A stretch of DNA of 46,562 bases from Octopus bimaculoides (lineage: Eukaryota). Both the position numbers and the translations under genes were made by a program. Positions within the stretch are counted from its first letter, which is position 1. Every line of letters starts with the position of its first letter. Below are positions 27,259 through 39,549 of the stretch, piece by piece. The stretch spans positions 50,860,890 through 50,907,451 of the forward strand of contig NC_068989.1 of the NCBI RefSeq assembly GCF_001194135.2, written 5' to 3'. Under the pieces are notes generated by a model that saw nothing but the letters and a program-made list of their open reading frames with translations, was not told the origin of the DNA and did not search any database.

Positions 27259-27811
27259 GTCATCCGTGACCATTTTACTCTGGCAGATGTTATTGCGATA
27301 TTATAACAACACAGCTAGCCATACGGAATGGCCAAATGTCCTTTACGTTATCCCTTCTACTTCAACATTCTAACATACTCTTTAGAATTCTTGTTGTTCC
27401 TAACATGGCTTTTTTCTGCAATAATTCCTTCCTAATGGTAATTCCTAGCTTCTCAAACTGTGCATCCAATCTTTTGCTAACTGCACTCAGCGCACCAATC
27501 TTAATCGGTACCACTTCTACTTGCTTGATTCTCCATAGTTTCTGATTTCCATCTTCATGTCTTGATATTTATCCACTGGGCGAAATGCTTAATGATATTT
27601 CGTCTGCCGTTACATTCTGAGTTCAAACTCCGCCGAGGCCGACATTGCCTTTCATCCTTTCGGGGTCGATTAAATTAGTACCATTTATGCACTGGGGTCG
27701 ATGTAATCGACGTAATCCCTTTGTCTGTCCTTGTTTGTCTCCTCCATGTTTAGCCCCCTGTGGGTAATAAAGATATAGAAATAGATATTTATCCACTTTC
27801 TCATTTTCTAG
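27259..27811 (-). mobile_element. 3' end of a second RLE-type LINE family, copy B, interrupted by a SINE
   Basis: Removing 27578-27797 restores LENEKVDKYQDMKMEI / KLWRIKQVEVVPIKIGALSAVSKRLDAQFEKLGITIRKELLQKKAMLGTTRILKSMLEC (one frameshift); stop at 27362-27364. Confidence 0.88.
27578..27783 (+). mobile_element. 5'-truncated SINE family A copy with a 14-bp target-site duplication
   Basis: gatatttatccact at 27564-27577 and 27784-27797 flanks the SINE body. Confidence 0.93.
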
Positions 27812-29177
27812 ATTATTATGCTGTGGGTTAGGATGCGGAACAATTTTATACTTACAAAATAAATGCCTTTTTTATATCTACTTTATTATGTATTGCACAA
27901 TTTCATGATGTTTCGTATTCTGCTGAATCAAGTAAACAACTTTTCAACAATGTGAATTATTGATAGTGATTATTTTAATAATCATCTAATTTCTCCGTAA
28001 GGTTTTACGGATGTTTGGGAAAGAAAATATTTCATTAAACAAGCTGTTTATTCATCGTGTTAAGAATATAAAGTGAAAGCACCATACGAGAAAAATATGA
28101 AAAAAGCTTTGTTTTTGATTTTTAAATCATTAAAATTTCATTTTCTTCATGAAAACTGTATGCTAAAAATTCCTGTAAGAAAATACAAAATATTTATATA
28201 TATTACCAGAATAAAATTTTTAGCCGAGCAGAATTGTATTATTTTTTAAATTCGGGAAGTATTTTTTTTGAATGCAAAAAATTCTAATACTGATTAACCG
28301 AGTTATTTATTCAAAATTTATGAATAAAATTGAGATAAATATATGAGTTGCTTTCGATATAAGCAAGTGGAGTCTACAAGAGAGAAGGAGAGAGAGTTAG
28401 AGGAGTAACAACTACAACCAGCTGCGAATGTGATATAAGAGAGGAATAAATGAATAAAAATTAAATATAGAGAATATGAACAATGAGAAAGCAAAATAAC
28501 GAATTACGTTATATTAACTCCTCCAGTGTACTGCAACTTACATTCTTCACAGGATTTCCACTTCAAAGCAATTATAAGCACTTGTCTTACTTTTACAGAA
28601 AGGGGTATATAATGGAAAAAGGTGCAACTAGCGAAAACCTTGGACATCAGAAGAAAGAGATACACAAGAAGGGAATATACTGGATATTTTCAACTAACCT
28701 ATAATCTATATTAGCACACGTATTTAATGTTCTCAAATGTTTTTAATGTCATCAATTTTTTCTCTTATATGAATTAAAGTAATTCGTTAGCAACCCCATA
28801 ATTCAAACAGAATTTGACCAAAGCAAATTAAGATTGTTTCGCCTTAAATACGCGAGTTTTCAGATTTTCGAGCTACACGTGTGCTGTTACAAGTTGCTCC
28901 AAGTTTGCGTGTATATTGCAATGAACAAACGCGAACATAATTGAATATTTGTATTGTATAATTCATTGAACAAATGAATAGAGACTTCGATTGGTTGCTG
29001 GTAGCTATGTTACAAATCTAGAATCGAGCTTAGTGTAACAATTTTACATAATAAGGATTATTAATGCTCACAATGCCTGAAAAGCATTCTACTTCCTTAT
29101 GGTGAAGGAGAACTGTGCACAAGTCTCACGGACATTGGAAATATTCCATTTTACTGACTCTAAGACAATTGAAGTCA

Positions 29178-29768
29178 AAATATTCTTTTCTGCTATGGGC
29201 ATTAAGCCCAAGATCATGGATGGGGAGCGGGGCAATTGCATTACTTCGAACGTGGAGATCGATCGGTACTTAATTCATCGACCCCGAAAGGATGAAAGAC
29301 GGACAAAATGCTGCTAAGCATTTTGTCCGGTTTGCTAACCATTCTACCACCTCAGGTAAACTTACAATAATCCTTTCTGCTATAGGCATGAAATTTGAGG
29401 GATGGCACTAGTCAATTACATGATCCCAGTACTCAGCTGGTACATATTTTATCGAGCTTAAAAGGATGGAAGGTAAAGTCGACATCGGCGGAATTTGAAC
29501 TCAGATCGTGAAAATGGACGAAATACCGCCAAGCATTTCGTCCAGCCTGCTAGCGAAGCGAAGTTCAAATAATCTTTTATATCAAAGGCACAGGGCCTGA
29601 AATTTTGGGGGAGGAGACTAGTCAATCACATCGACCCCATCATTTCACTGATATTTAATTTATGGACACCGATAGATTTAAAAGCAAATCACCCTCAATG
29701 GAATTAGATCCCAGACAAAATACCACCCGGTTCGCTCGGCATGTTAACGATTCTGCCAGCTCGCCGGT
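29178..29768 (-). mobile_element. Three tandem co-oriented SINE family A copies (about 29178-29350, 29366-29555, 29569-29768)
   Basis: Each starts on the plus strand with an aataatcctttc-like tail and carries atcgacccc / gaatttgaactcag-type core pieces; copies 1 and 3 have internal deletions. Confidence 0.8.
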
Positions 29769-31084
29769 TTAACTGAAGCTAAAATAATAAGAACAAGTAT
29801 TGTATTGAAAAATCAGAGTCGTGTTTGAACAGACACTAATATTAATTTCATTTCATCAGATTAAAAGAAAAATATTCACACCAAAACTGTTATAATATAG
29901 AAATTATCTTATATTTATAAGTAATTTCACCAGGCTGTACTATTTTTTTTAAATATGTAATCTTTTATCAGGAGCTGTTGTAAATCACGTAAGTTTATGT
30001 GTGTAAAGACAAAAGTAAATGTAGTATATAAAAGCTGGTCTATGTTAGAATTTAAATCTAAACACAAGTGTGTGCCCTCCATGATGAGGTTGGCTTAGCT
30101 ATTCTTGGGCATTCTCGTCTGATAGATATAAATGTAAGTAGTGAAGATTATAAAAGAGTTAAGAATTTCACCGGTAGCATCAGTATATGTTTCATGTGAG
30201 GGTAAAAAAAGAAACATGACATTCCCGGGCAGTAAAGCGCGAGAGATATCATTTCTGAAGGAACAGGTAAACACGAGGCACTGTTGTTAGATTATTCTCT
30301 ACGTAGAGCAGTGGAGAAAACATTAATTTGAGAACTGCAAAAAGAAAAGAAAAGAGCAAGAAACATCGATGTAGCGTGTTGACGATGTCTAGGTGAGACA
30401 GCTGAACCTGATGAGAGTAAAGACAGGAACTGTCGGCTGACAGCGATGGATGGTACGTAGAGCTTCAGATATTTATGACTACGAGAAGACAATTTTAATG
30501 TGTAGGTTCGTTTGGTTCTACAGTTGTTAAGCGACAGAATGGAAACAATGAAAAGAGGATCTTTTGTTTCTTGTATCTAGAGTAGAGCCGCACATGTTGC
30601 ATTTTGTAGGGGATCTAAATTAGTAGTTACGATACTCATGTCTATACTATTAACAAAGCGTTCTTCGCATAAATGAACTACCAATACATTTAATGATATT
30701 AGATAAGGGAAACTTCTTGCTTCAGGCAAGGCAGTATGAATATGTTGTATATAAATCTGCTGCATTACAATTATATATGAATGTATATGTACACTTAAGC
30801 AGATATAAGTATACAGATAATCGTGTCTTTAAAAAATATCCACGTTATCAGTGATACAGAGATTCCACCGCATATACAGATCGGCTGCGAGATTTATGAT
30901 GAATTCAGCACTTTGTTACGAAATAAAATAAGCATGACGTGTGAAAATACGTTGCAAATATAGGAGGTAAATTGCATAATAATAACACAGCATATTGACT
31001 ATGCAGTTGGCATTAATTCGGTATATTGTTTCTCCCAATATCTAGATATATGTTACTTCTTATTCATGTCTTTCTCGTTACACG

Positions 31085-31087
<3 letters not shown>

Positions 31088-31135
<48 letters not shown>
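31088..31135. repeat. (CA)n microsatellite running into a gap
   Basis: Direct sequence. Confidence 0.95.
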
Positions 31136-31489
31136 NNNNNNNNNNNNNNNNNNNNNNNNNNNNNNNNNNNNNNNNNNNNNNNNNNNNNNNNNNNNNNNNN
31201 NNNNNNNNNNNNNNNNNNNNNNNNNNNNNNNNNNNNNNNNNNNNNNNNNNNNNNNNNNNNNNNNNNNNNNNNNNNNNNNNNNNNNNNNNNNNNNNNNNNN
31301 NNNNNNNNNNNNNNNNNNNNNNNNNNNNNNNNNNNNNNNNNNNNNNNNNNNNNNNNNNNNNNNNNNNNNNNNNNNNNNNNNNNNNNNNNNNNNNNNNNNN
31401 NNNNNNNNNNNNNNNNNNNNNNNNNNNNNNNNNNNNNNNNNNNNNNNNNNNNNNNNNNNNNNNNNNNNNNNNNNNNNNNNNNNNNNNNN

Positions 31490-31536
<47 letters not shown>

Positions 31537-32081
31537 ATACACATACATATATACACATATATATTTATAGACAAATCGTATATTAAATTTTGAAGAAACA
31601 ACAGGACATAGAAATAGCAATAACAAAAGAAAAAAGATGTACACATAGATCGTATGAGTGTAACGCTTAGGAAAAGTGAGAGGAAGAGAAGGTTTTTAAC
31701 GTCTTAGGCATAGCTTATCGTCAGAGAGCACAACGGAAATGTCCAGAGGAGGAAACATTTCAGGAACAAGCAGATATATGCGTGTATGTATTGTCATGCA
31801 CACGCATACGTACGTAAGAATGATTAAAGTTTTTACATAACGTTAGAACTGTATTACAAAGACCCAACATTTCTCACGAGGGCCAGTAGATAATCCATCA
31901 TGGACCAGTTATTTACAATTTACAAATCTCAGCTGAGAGCCGTAGCGGAATATTACACATTGTTGCTGCAGCGCATATACACTAAATTACATTGAGAAAA
32001 GGGTTACGTTGCTGATTAGAATTAAGTGATTGGCCCTAGTCTCTGGCCTCTAGGCATGCTTTCTCCTCAGCCCACCATACT

Positions 32082-32082
<1 letters not shown>

Positions 32083-32127
<45 letters not shown>
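32083..32127. repeat. (CTA)n microsatellite
   Basis: Direct sequence. Confidence 0.95.
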
Positions 32128-32479
32128 GCCACTGATGCTTCTGCTACTACTGTGTTAATGCCATCCCCACTTAATATCTTTGAACCTAACTGACAATTTA
32201 TCTCATCAGGTCAGGCCCAGTCTAACCGAAACGCTCAGTGTTTTTCCATATTGCCATCCTACTAGAATCTCTCTTTGCTCCTAATTCCCCAGGAAGGTTT
32301 CAGTTAGAATGTTTCGAGAGAATCATTAATGGAATCGATTGCATGGATCTCTCAGTACCCACAAAGGCCATGAAAACAGACCCAGATATTAAAACAAAAC
32401 ATGCATACATCTATATTAAAGCAAAACATGCATAGCATGTATAAGTGTGAAAATAATATTTCTATGATCTTTAAATATA

Positions 32480-33820
32480 CGAACCTAATTTCATATCTTC
32501 CGTTCTCTCTATATTTGAAAGAGACACATTCATTTATTTGAAAAATAAATATTTTATAGCAAACAGTTTCGATCTGAGAATAATATTTAAGGTTTCTCCA
32601 TTCAATAAGAAAATTTCCCGCCTCTGAAAAGCAAAGAATAGTGATATATTGATTGACGAATATATTTTAGCCTCTCCAATTTTTTCTCTATATTCTTCTA
32701 TCATTCTCTCTTGGTTATTACTTTATTTCCCGTCTTTTATTCCTATACACATGTTTGATGAAGTACTATTCAGGGCAGGGTGCATTGAATGGATGGATGG
32801 CAAACAGATTCTCTTGAAATTGATATTCGTAATGTTGATGATGTTGATATATGTCCGGGACCTTTCATTTGTGTCAGTGTTAGTGATGGCATTGGTGAAC
32901 AGCTTTAAGCATGGATTTCAGTAATTCATCATGGCTGAGTATAGAATTGGTACATAACTGTCACTTGTGAAATGGAATCCATTATCATTACATATTGTCT
33001 GTTTCAACAGAAATGTGAATACATGTTACACACTAAAGGGTTTGTGAGCTTCATTGGCACAGAATACTGTATTTCATCAATCGGTCCATTACAGAAACAT
33101 ATTTATCTGGATTCCATATTCTCTATTTGCTTCTAAGGCTGTACCGAATATTAGTGGTAGCGGGTTTCAAATAGCATCAAAATTGAACTGAGATGTACAC
33201 CTTCCTAGAATTGATAAAACGAGTAGAAATTTGTTTAAACGTCGTACATTAAATTTCCTTTCTTATAAAGGCGTTTCGAAATTTGTGGAATTGTGAAACT
33301 CTGGATAATTAAACATCTAAAAAAATGAAATGCTGCCTAAAATCTCTCATCTACTTAAGCATGCAGTAATTCAATACATTTGAACTAAATAAGGTAATCT
33401 TCCCCGACAAAAAATGAAAATTGGTAATAAATCATATTTTGGAAGTAAGATTTCAAATAGGAAAAAAACCATCTCTTTTGTCATGGCTAAGATTTGCAGA
33501 TATGGTCATCTGGTTAATCTTTGTCATTATGAAACTCTTATTTCTAAGATAGGAAAGAGAAGGCATCATCAATCAATATAAATCAAATTGATTTACCCTC
33601 TAAATATAAAGCCTCGGAGCTTTAGTAGATGGAAATGAATTATAATGACAATTATTTCTCCTCTCGGGGATATTAATCACGTGATGAATGAAATTGTTCT
33701 AAACCAAATTTGAATCTGCTCCGCATATTCTGTTGACTAAGAATATATTTTACTCAATAATATATGCGAAATTTTATAAACTGTTACAAACCTACGTTCT
33801 GAGATCACACAACATTAAAC
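32480..33820. repeat. Copy 1 of a diverged ~1.4 kb repeat; inverted homologue at 39550-40990
   Basis: Colinear shared blocks: tttgatgaagta, tctcttgaaattgatatt, gatggcattggtgaaca, atttcagtaattcatcatggc, tatagaattggtacata, ttacagaaacatatttatc, aataaggtaatcttcc, taatctttgtcattatgaaact. Confidence 0.9.
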
Positions 33821-34559
33821 GCACAGAAACTTCTTTTTATGACATATCATTATAGCAGTTTCCGTTTATACTGTACATATTGGAAATATGGAAATTTATT
33901 AGGGACGTTTTCTACGGACGCAAAGCCAGCTGGACAGTTCCCTGTTCATAAGCCACGTCTGCATACGTCAGGTATAATAGAGCACCGTGCACTCCTCCTA
34001 AAGCACGTTACTGAGCCGTTCTGTCATCAACAAACTGATAAAACGATTGAGTGTCTTCTGTCTGTCTTCACTGACTTGATCCTCTTTTCATTTTCTTTCT
34101 TAGTCATCAAAATTTTGACTTGTTTTCTCTCAAACGGTATCCATTAAACTGACGAAGCTGCCAGCGCCTATTTATCCAAGTTAATGGACCTCCAATAGTA
34201 CACGGTGTGTTTGGCAATCACTGTGCATAGAATATCCTGTTTTATGAATCAGACAGTAAGTTATTTTACATACACACGAACAGCTGCTGAGGTTGAGTAC
34301 CGAGTTCGGTGAGGTCTACTCCTCAACGGTATGACGAAATTTCTTCACATACATGGTAACCACTCTAGTCATACCTCGTTAGTTGATAAGGCTAGATTAC
34401 TGGGATTTTATTTTAGAGGTACGTCCTAATCGAGTGGAACTAGCACTTAGGATAAAGAGTTGTTGAAATCTCCTATCAAGGTCAGAAGTTTATTTCTTAC
34501 TGACAGATATGATACATTTTACTCAGAAGTAGCAGCATAGACTTGAAAAATTCATAGAA

Positions 34560-34900
34560 TCTCATAAAGTCCGTACTTGGGATATTTTTGGACAAAATAT
34601 ACGCAGCGTAACCATTATACTGCCAGGTGGCCTTCTAAAAACAACAAATTCTCGTGATCTTTATGTTCAACTTATATATAACACACAGGCAGGGAACAGG
34701 TTACATAAATGCTTGGTGTATAACTCGGAAAACCTACCTATACATATATCACATTGATGGTGAAGGTAAGCAGAAGTTGAAAGAGAGATCTATAAACAAT
34801 AAATGGTGGAGAGTAGGGAAACTATATTCAAAGTGGACTCAGGAAATTATTATTTAAACGTACTGTAAGTAAATAGCTGTAGAAAGTATAAGATAAAGAT
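34560..34900 (+). pseudogene. Possible heavily decayed pogo/Tigger-type (DDE_1) transposase remnant
   Basis: TIILPGGLLKTTNSRDLYV resembles the VIPGGLT..LQPLD motif; downstream RTVSK*L*KV* resembles TVxEWIxKAW with Trp codons mutated. Weak, by eye only. Confidence 0.3.
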
Positions 34901-36494
34901 GGCTTTTGGAACAGACTATCAAGAAGTAACTTGTAACTGAATGATACCTAAGCGAGAAGATTGCATTTTTCAAGATCACTGTGTATGCTGGAGGGAATTG
35001 AATTCATTCAGTGAGTTAGAGTTAAAGAAGTGATTCATGGATTCCGGACGAAGAGCCTGACGTTTGACGGAACTGCTGATATACTTGGACAACTGCAACA
35101 GTAATTAATACGAGAGAAACGAAGGATATTGCTTTTGTGCTCTTCTCGGCGTTCGATACACCATTTCATGTCTTGCATAGTTGACCGAGTTGCAAATTTG
35201 GTTCAAGTTCAGAATGAGGTTGGGCGTTTGAAATCTAAACTGTGGACATAATACGCAGTACTTTGCCAGTTGGTCATTGCCATCAGTGGTAAAACCTCTC
35301 ATATTGCAGCGCCTCTTTGAAGAGCGTATGATCAACGATACTTTAGGAGTTGTTCTGCATGTCATTGAAAACACATACAAGAGTCTTTTCTAGAGAAAAT
35401 TTACATTCGTACGGAGTGGACAACTTGCAATGTTCTTACACGCTACAGGAAGCGAACTCTCAGAACTGCAATGCGATTTGAACTTTTATTTAATCGCCGA
35501 CCGCTTCCGCTTCTTGGAAAAGGTATATGTTTGCATTTGAGGGTTGCATACAATGCATTGTCACTAGCTTTCAAATTTTCACATCAACTTTGTCATTCTC
35601 GGAGATGAACCAATTTATATCATTGAAGTTGTATATGATGTTGATGGTAAACATGTTACTGACCACAATTTTGCTTTTAGTTCGACTCGGTTTTTAAAAT
35701 AACTCTTATTCTCCGATAACAATCTTTCCTTATTTTTTCTGTCGTCTGTGTGTGTTTAATCACACTTCATTCCCTTACTCATATGTACTTGTACCTGTAC
35801 TCAGGTTCTAATGCTTTATTCTCGTTATCACCATCTAAGGTGATGTCGCATGTGTTTGATATGTTACCCTTCGGTAAATGCTGTCCTGTTACATCTTTTG
35901 AAGCCAAAATTTCATTTTTATGTTATCACGAAATCGTTTAACTGTATGAATGAGTGCCTGCAATTGATGCTCATTTTTCGGAACCGATTTCACGTTATAC
36001 ATATAAAAAAAGATGATTGATGGCTTTCCCATACCTCTTGTATCAATAATTTGTTTCATTCCATATTTTGCTTAGGGAATCAGGACTAAATATAATAGCA
36101 AAGGAGATATTGAGTTCCTTGGAAAGATTCTTCAATTAATATTAACTTCTCATGAAATTATATTTGTAGAGTCCGTGTTGCGAACTCATGTGATTTTCCA
36201 AATATTCTTGATATGGATACATCATTCCTGATTACTGGTAAAATTTCGAACATGAACTCATCTATCAAACTGTCAAGAAGGCCACTGAAAAATGTTTCTC
36301 CCGGGTTGATAAGCGTGGAGAATACGTATGTAATTAAAAGTTGATCCATTTGGACCTTATAGTTCATCAGAAGAAATTATGTTCATGAAGATAGCATACT
36401 TGGATTCAATTACGGTAGATGTAAGAATCTTGTACTTTACTGTAAGGCATATTATGGATCTGTAGTTCTTAGTGATTTCTATTTCATCATTTTG

Positions 36495-36992
36495 GCTGAA
36501 CGGCATTACTTCCCACTCTCTACGTTATAAGTACAAATCCTTTCCAAATCAACTTTGCATTTTATCATTTCATGGTCGATAAAATAAAGTATCAGATAAG
36601 TACCAGAGTCAAATGAATCAACTAACCCCTCTCGCTAAGATTGCTGTTCTGTTGCCGACATTTGAAATGATCAAGTCGCAAGCTGGTAGAATCATCCGCG
36701 CATGACACCAAATACTTAACGACATTTCTTCCGGATATTTACGTTCTGAGTTCAGTTGTCACTGAGGTCAACTTAGCATTTTATCATTTCATGATCGATA
36801 TAATATAGTACCTGGGTGGCGATATATTTGTTACTGATTTAGGCAAAGCCGAACAATTATGAGGGAACACGGTGAGATAATCTCAGTACTTGACGGCTAT
36901 ATTATTTTATTGGTCTCAAAGAGAAAAGAGGTAATGTTGACCTTGGCGGAATTTGATCAGCGGAGACAAATGTGCCTTTCATTATTCCAGGT

Positions 36993-37052
<60 letters not shown>

Positions 37053-37065
37053 GACTACTACTACG

Positions 37066-37114
<49 letters not shown>

Positions 37115-37127
37115 TTGTTGCTGCAAT

Positions 37128-37188
<61 letters not shown>

Positions 37189-37790
37189 GCCAGCGTTGCT
37201 GCTGCTGCGGAGATCAAATCCTGCCGAGATGATGATTTCCGTTCATCATTATGAAGTTGCTGAAATAATCTACCAGCCAATAATAGGTTCGATGAAATGA
37301 ATTACATCTCTACCTGTAAAATTAATGGCCTAGCGTCAACATTCGAAACCATTATCATTATTATTTGAAAAAGGGTAAGGCGGCGAGATGGCAAAATCGT
37401 TTGCATACCGGACAAAATGCCCAGCGTCAATTCGTCCGTCTTCGTGTTCTGGGTTCAAAATCCACTGAGATCGACTGTGTCTTTCCTTCTTTTGGGATCG
37501 ATAAAATAAGTATTAGTTGACTACTTATTCCCTTCCCCGAAATACCTGGCCTTGTGCCAAAACATTATTATTTGAAAAATAATGAATAAGTCGATTCCAA
37601 GGCGTGCATGGTGATTCATTATATCGAACCCGGTAGATGAAATGCAAAGTTGACCTCCGTGTGTATCACGTGTTGAGATTAACTTTTACGTTCATTATCC
37701 TCGAGTCGAGAATATAAACTATCAGCTAACGACTAGTACCGATGGTATGAACTTACCTCTCCCCTCATTTAATACTGAAAACTGCCTGTG
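36495..37790. mobile_element. Cluster of about seven decayed SINE family A fragments in both orientations
   Basis: Plus: ~36495-36668, ~36672-36830, ~37208-37355, 37378-37572 (starts aggcggcgagatggcaaaatcg), ~37685-37790. Minus: ~36880-36965, ~37590-37660. Confidence 0.7.
36997..37207. repeat. Compound (CTA)n/(CTG)n microsatellite
   Basis: Direct sequence; source of the poly-T/L/Y/V ORFs. Confidence 0.95.
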
Positions 37791-38768
37791 TCACTAATAT
37801 CGATTTTTAACAACCTCACTGGTTAATCGTAAAATCAGAGCCTATTTTGTCGAGGAGATGAGTCACTGCTGTGTCTAGCAGTCGAGGGTTGTGCAATGGT
37901 ACAGTTTCTTTTCATGGCATAGATAGGCATCACTTCACTATTGATGAGTTGTTTTTCAACAAAAATTCTTTCAGATTAAGTGCTCATTTTTATGTCTGGA
38001 AAGATTATAATGACCCACTTCTCAATCGAACATATGCCATCCTCATTAGTGAACGGAAATTATCCATTATATTTATATACTAACGAAAGAGGCAATATTA
38101 ATACAGAGTGGTATTATTTATCCCCATTTAAGCGTGTATCTTCTGTTAAAACCAATTAGGTCGATTCATCTCCTCGCTAGCGATATAAACAAGAGTGCAT
38201 TTTTGACCAAAATCTAATTTGAGAGTTTTTCTCATGGTATCTACCGTAGTATAGTCTATTGTAACAGAACATCCACGTTTAGGTGAGGATATATTACCAA
38301 TCGGTGTTAATATTACCAATCGGTATTAATAATGCCTCTGTCGCCAATATATAAATTTAACAATGAATAAATTCCGTTCATTAATGAGGTTGGTATTACT
38401 TCGGTGGAGAAGTGGGACATTATAATTTTTCCAAACAAAAGAAAAAAGTTTAAATCTGAGAGAATTTTTATTGAATAACAACTTATCTCTAATGAAGAGG
38501 TATCTCTCCGTGATAGGAAAAGAAGTGGTACCATTTCACGCCCCAAACCAGGTGAAGTACTAATCGGAAAGAAAATATGATCACACTATAAGAAGTATAA
38601 CACTGATGAATAATAATACAAATTTAATACTGTTTTTGTATGTTAATGTAAAACAGAACCTGAACTGTCACAGAAGATTACATAAAATCCAGATGTGAAT
38701 ACTGGGCTCTTCAGATTGGGAAGGCGGTTACTTTCCATTTACTTTCACGAAGATAGCCTGTTACAACG

Positions 38769-38769
<1 letters not shown>

Positions 38770-38830
<61 letters not shown>
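38770..38830. repeat. (ATT)n microsatellite
   Basis: Direct sequence. Confidence 0.95.
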
Positions 38831-39549
38831 GTAGTTAATTATGCGCTTTTAATTACGATGTATAATAATTTGTTCCTTTTCCATAGACTTAAAACCTCAT
38901 TGTATCTCATCATGCCCTTCCAGCACTAGTGGTTAATAATGTCATGATTAATACTATTGCTATATTTGTTAATGTGCATATATAAATATATATATATATA
39001 TAAATATATATATATATANNNNNNNNNNNNNNNNNNNNNNNNNNNNNNNNNNNNNNNNNNNNNNNNNNNNNNNNNNNNNNNNNNNNNNNNNNNNNNNNNN
39101 NNNNNNNNNNNNNNNNNNNNNNNNNNNNNNNNNNNNNNNNNNNNNNNNNNNNNNNNNNNNNNNNNNNNNNNNNNNNNNNNNNNNNNNNNNNNNNNNNNNN
39201 NNNNNNNNNNNNNNNNNNNNNNNNNNNNNNNNNNNNNNNNNNNNNNNNNNNNNNNNNNNNNNNNNNNNNNNNNNNNNNNNNNNNNNNNNNNNNNNNNNNN
39301 NNNNNNNNNNNNNNNNNNNNNNNNNNNNNNNNNNNNNNNNNNNNNNNNNNNNNNNNNNNNNNNNNNNNNNNNNNNNNNNNNNNNGAGAGAGAGAGAGAGA
39401 GCGATAACAAAAACAACCGACAGCTGCGATTGTGATATTAGAGAAAAACATATGCATAAATAATTAAATATGAGAATTGTGAAAAGCTGGAAAATGAAAT
39501 GAAATATTAACGTATAGACCTCATTTCGGGTACAACAAATTTTCTTTCA

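Noticed and set aside
30408-30445. CTGATGA...GAAC-TGTC as a hammerhead
   Set aside because: No convincing stem I or stem II; core GAAA incomplete.
32940-33100. Gypsy integrase assignment for the inverted pair (minus-strand DNGFHFTS and GPIDEIQY)
   Set aside because: The motif is present in copy 1 only (copy 2 reads ENEYP*TS), and the expected HP.SNG.AER motif is absent.
35105-36367. Short minus-strand ORFs as retroelement gag/pol remnants
   Set aside because: The region looks like decayed transposon DNA, but I found no diagnostic RT, RNase H or integrase motif.
38291-38328. 19-bp tandem duplication (atattaccaatcggtgtta / atattaccaatcggtatta)
   Set aside because: Ordinary slippage product with nothing inserted between the copies.
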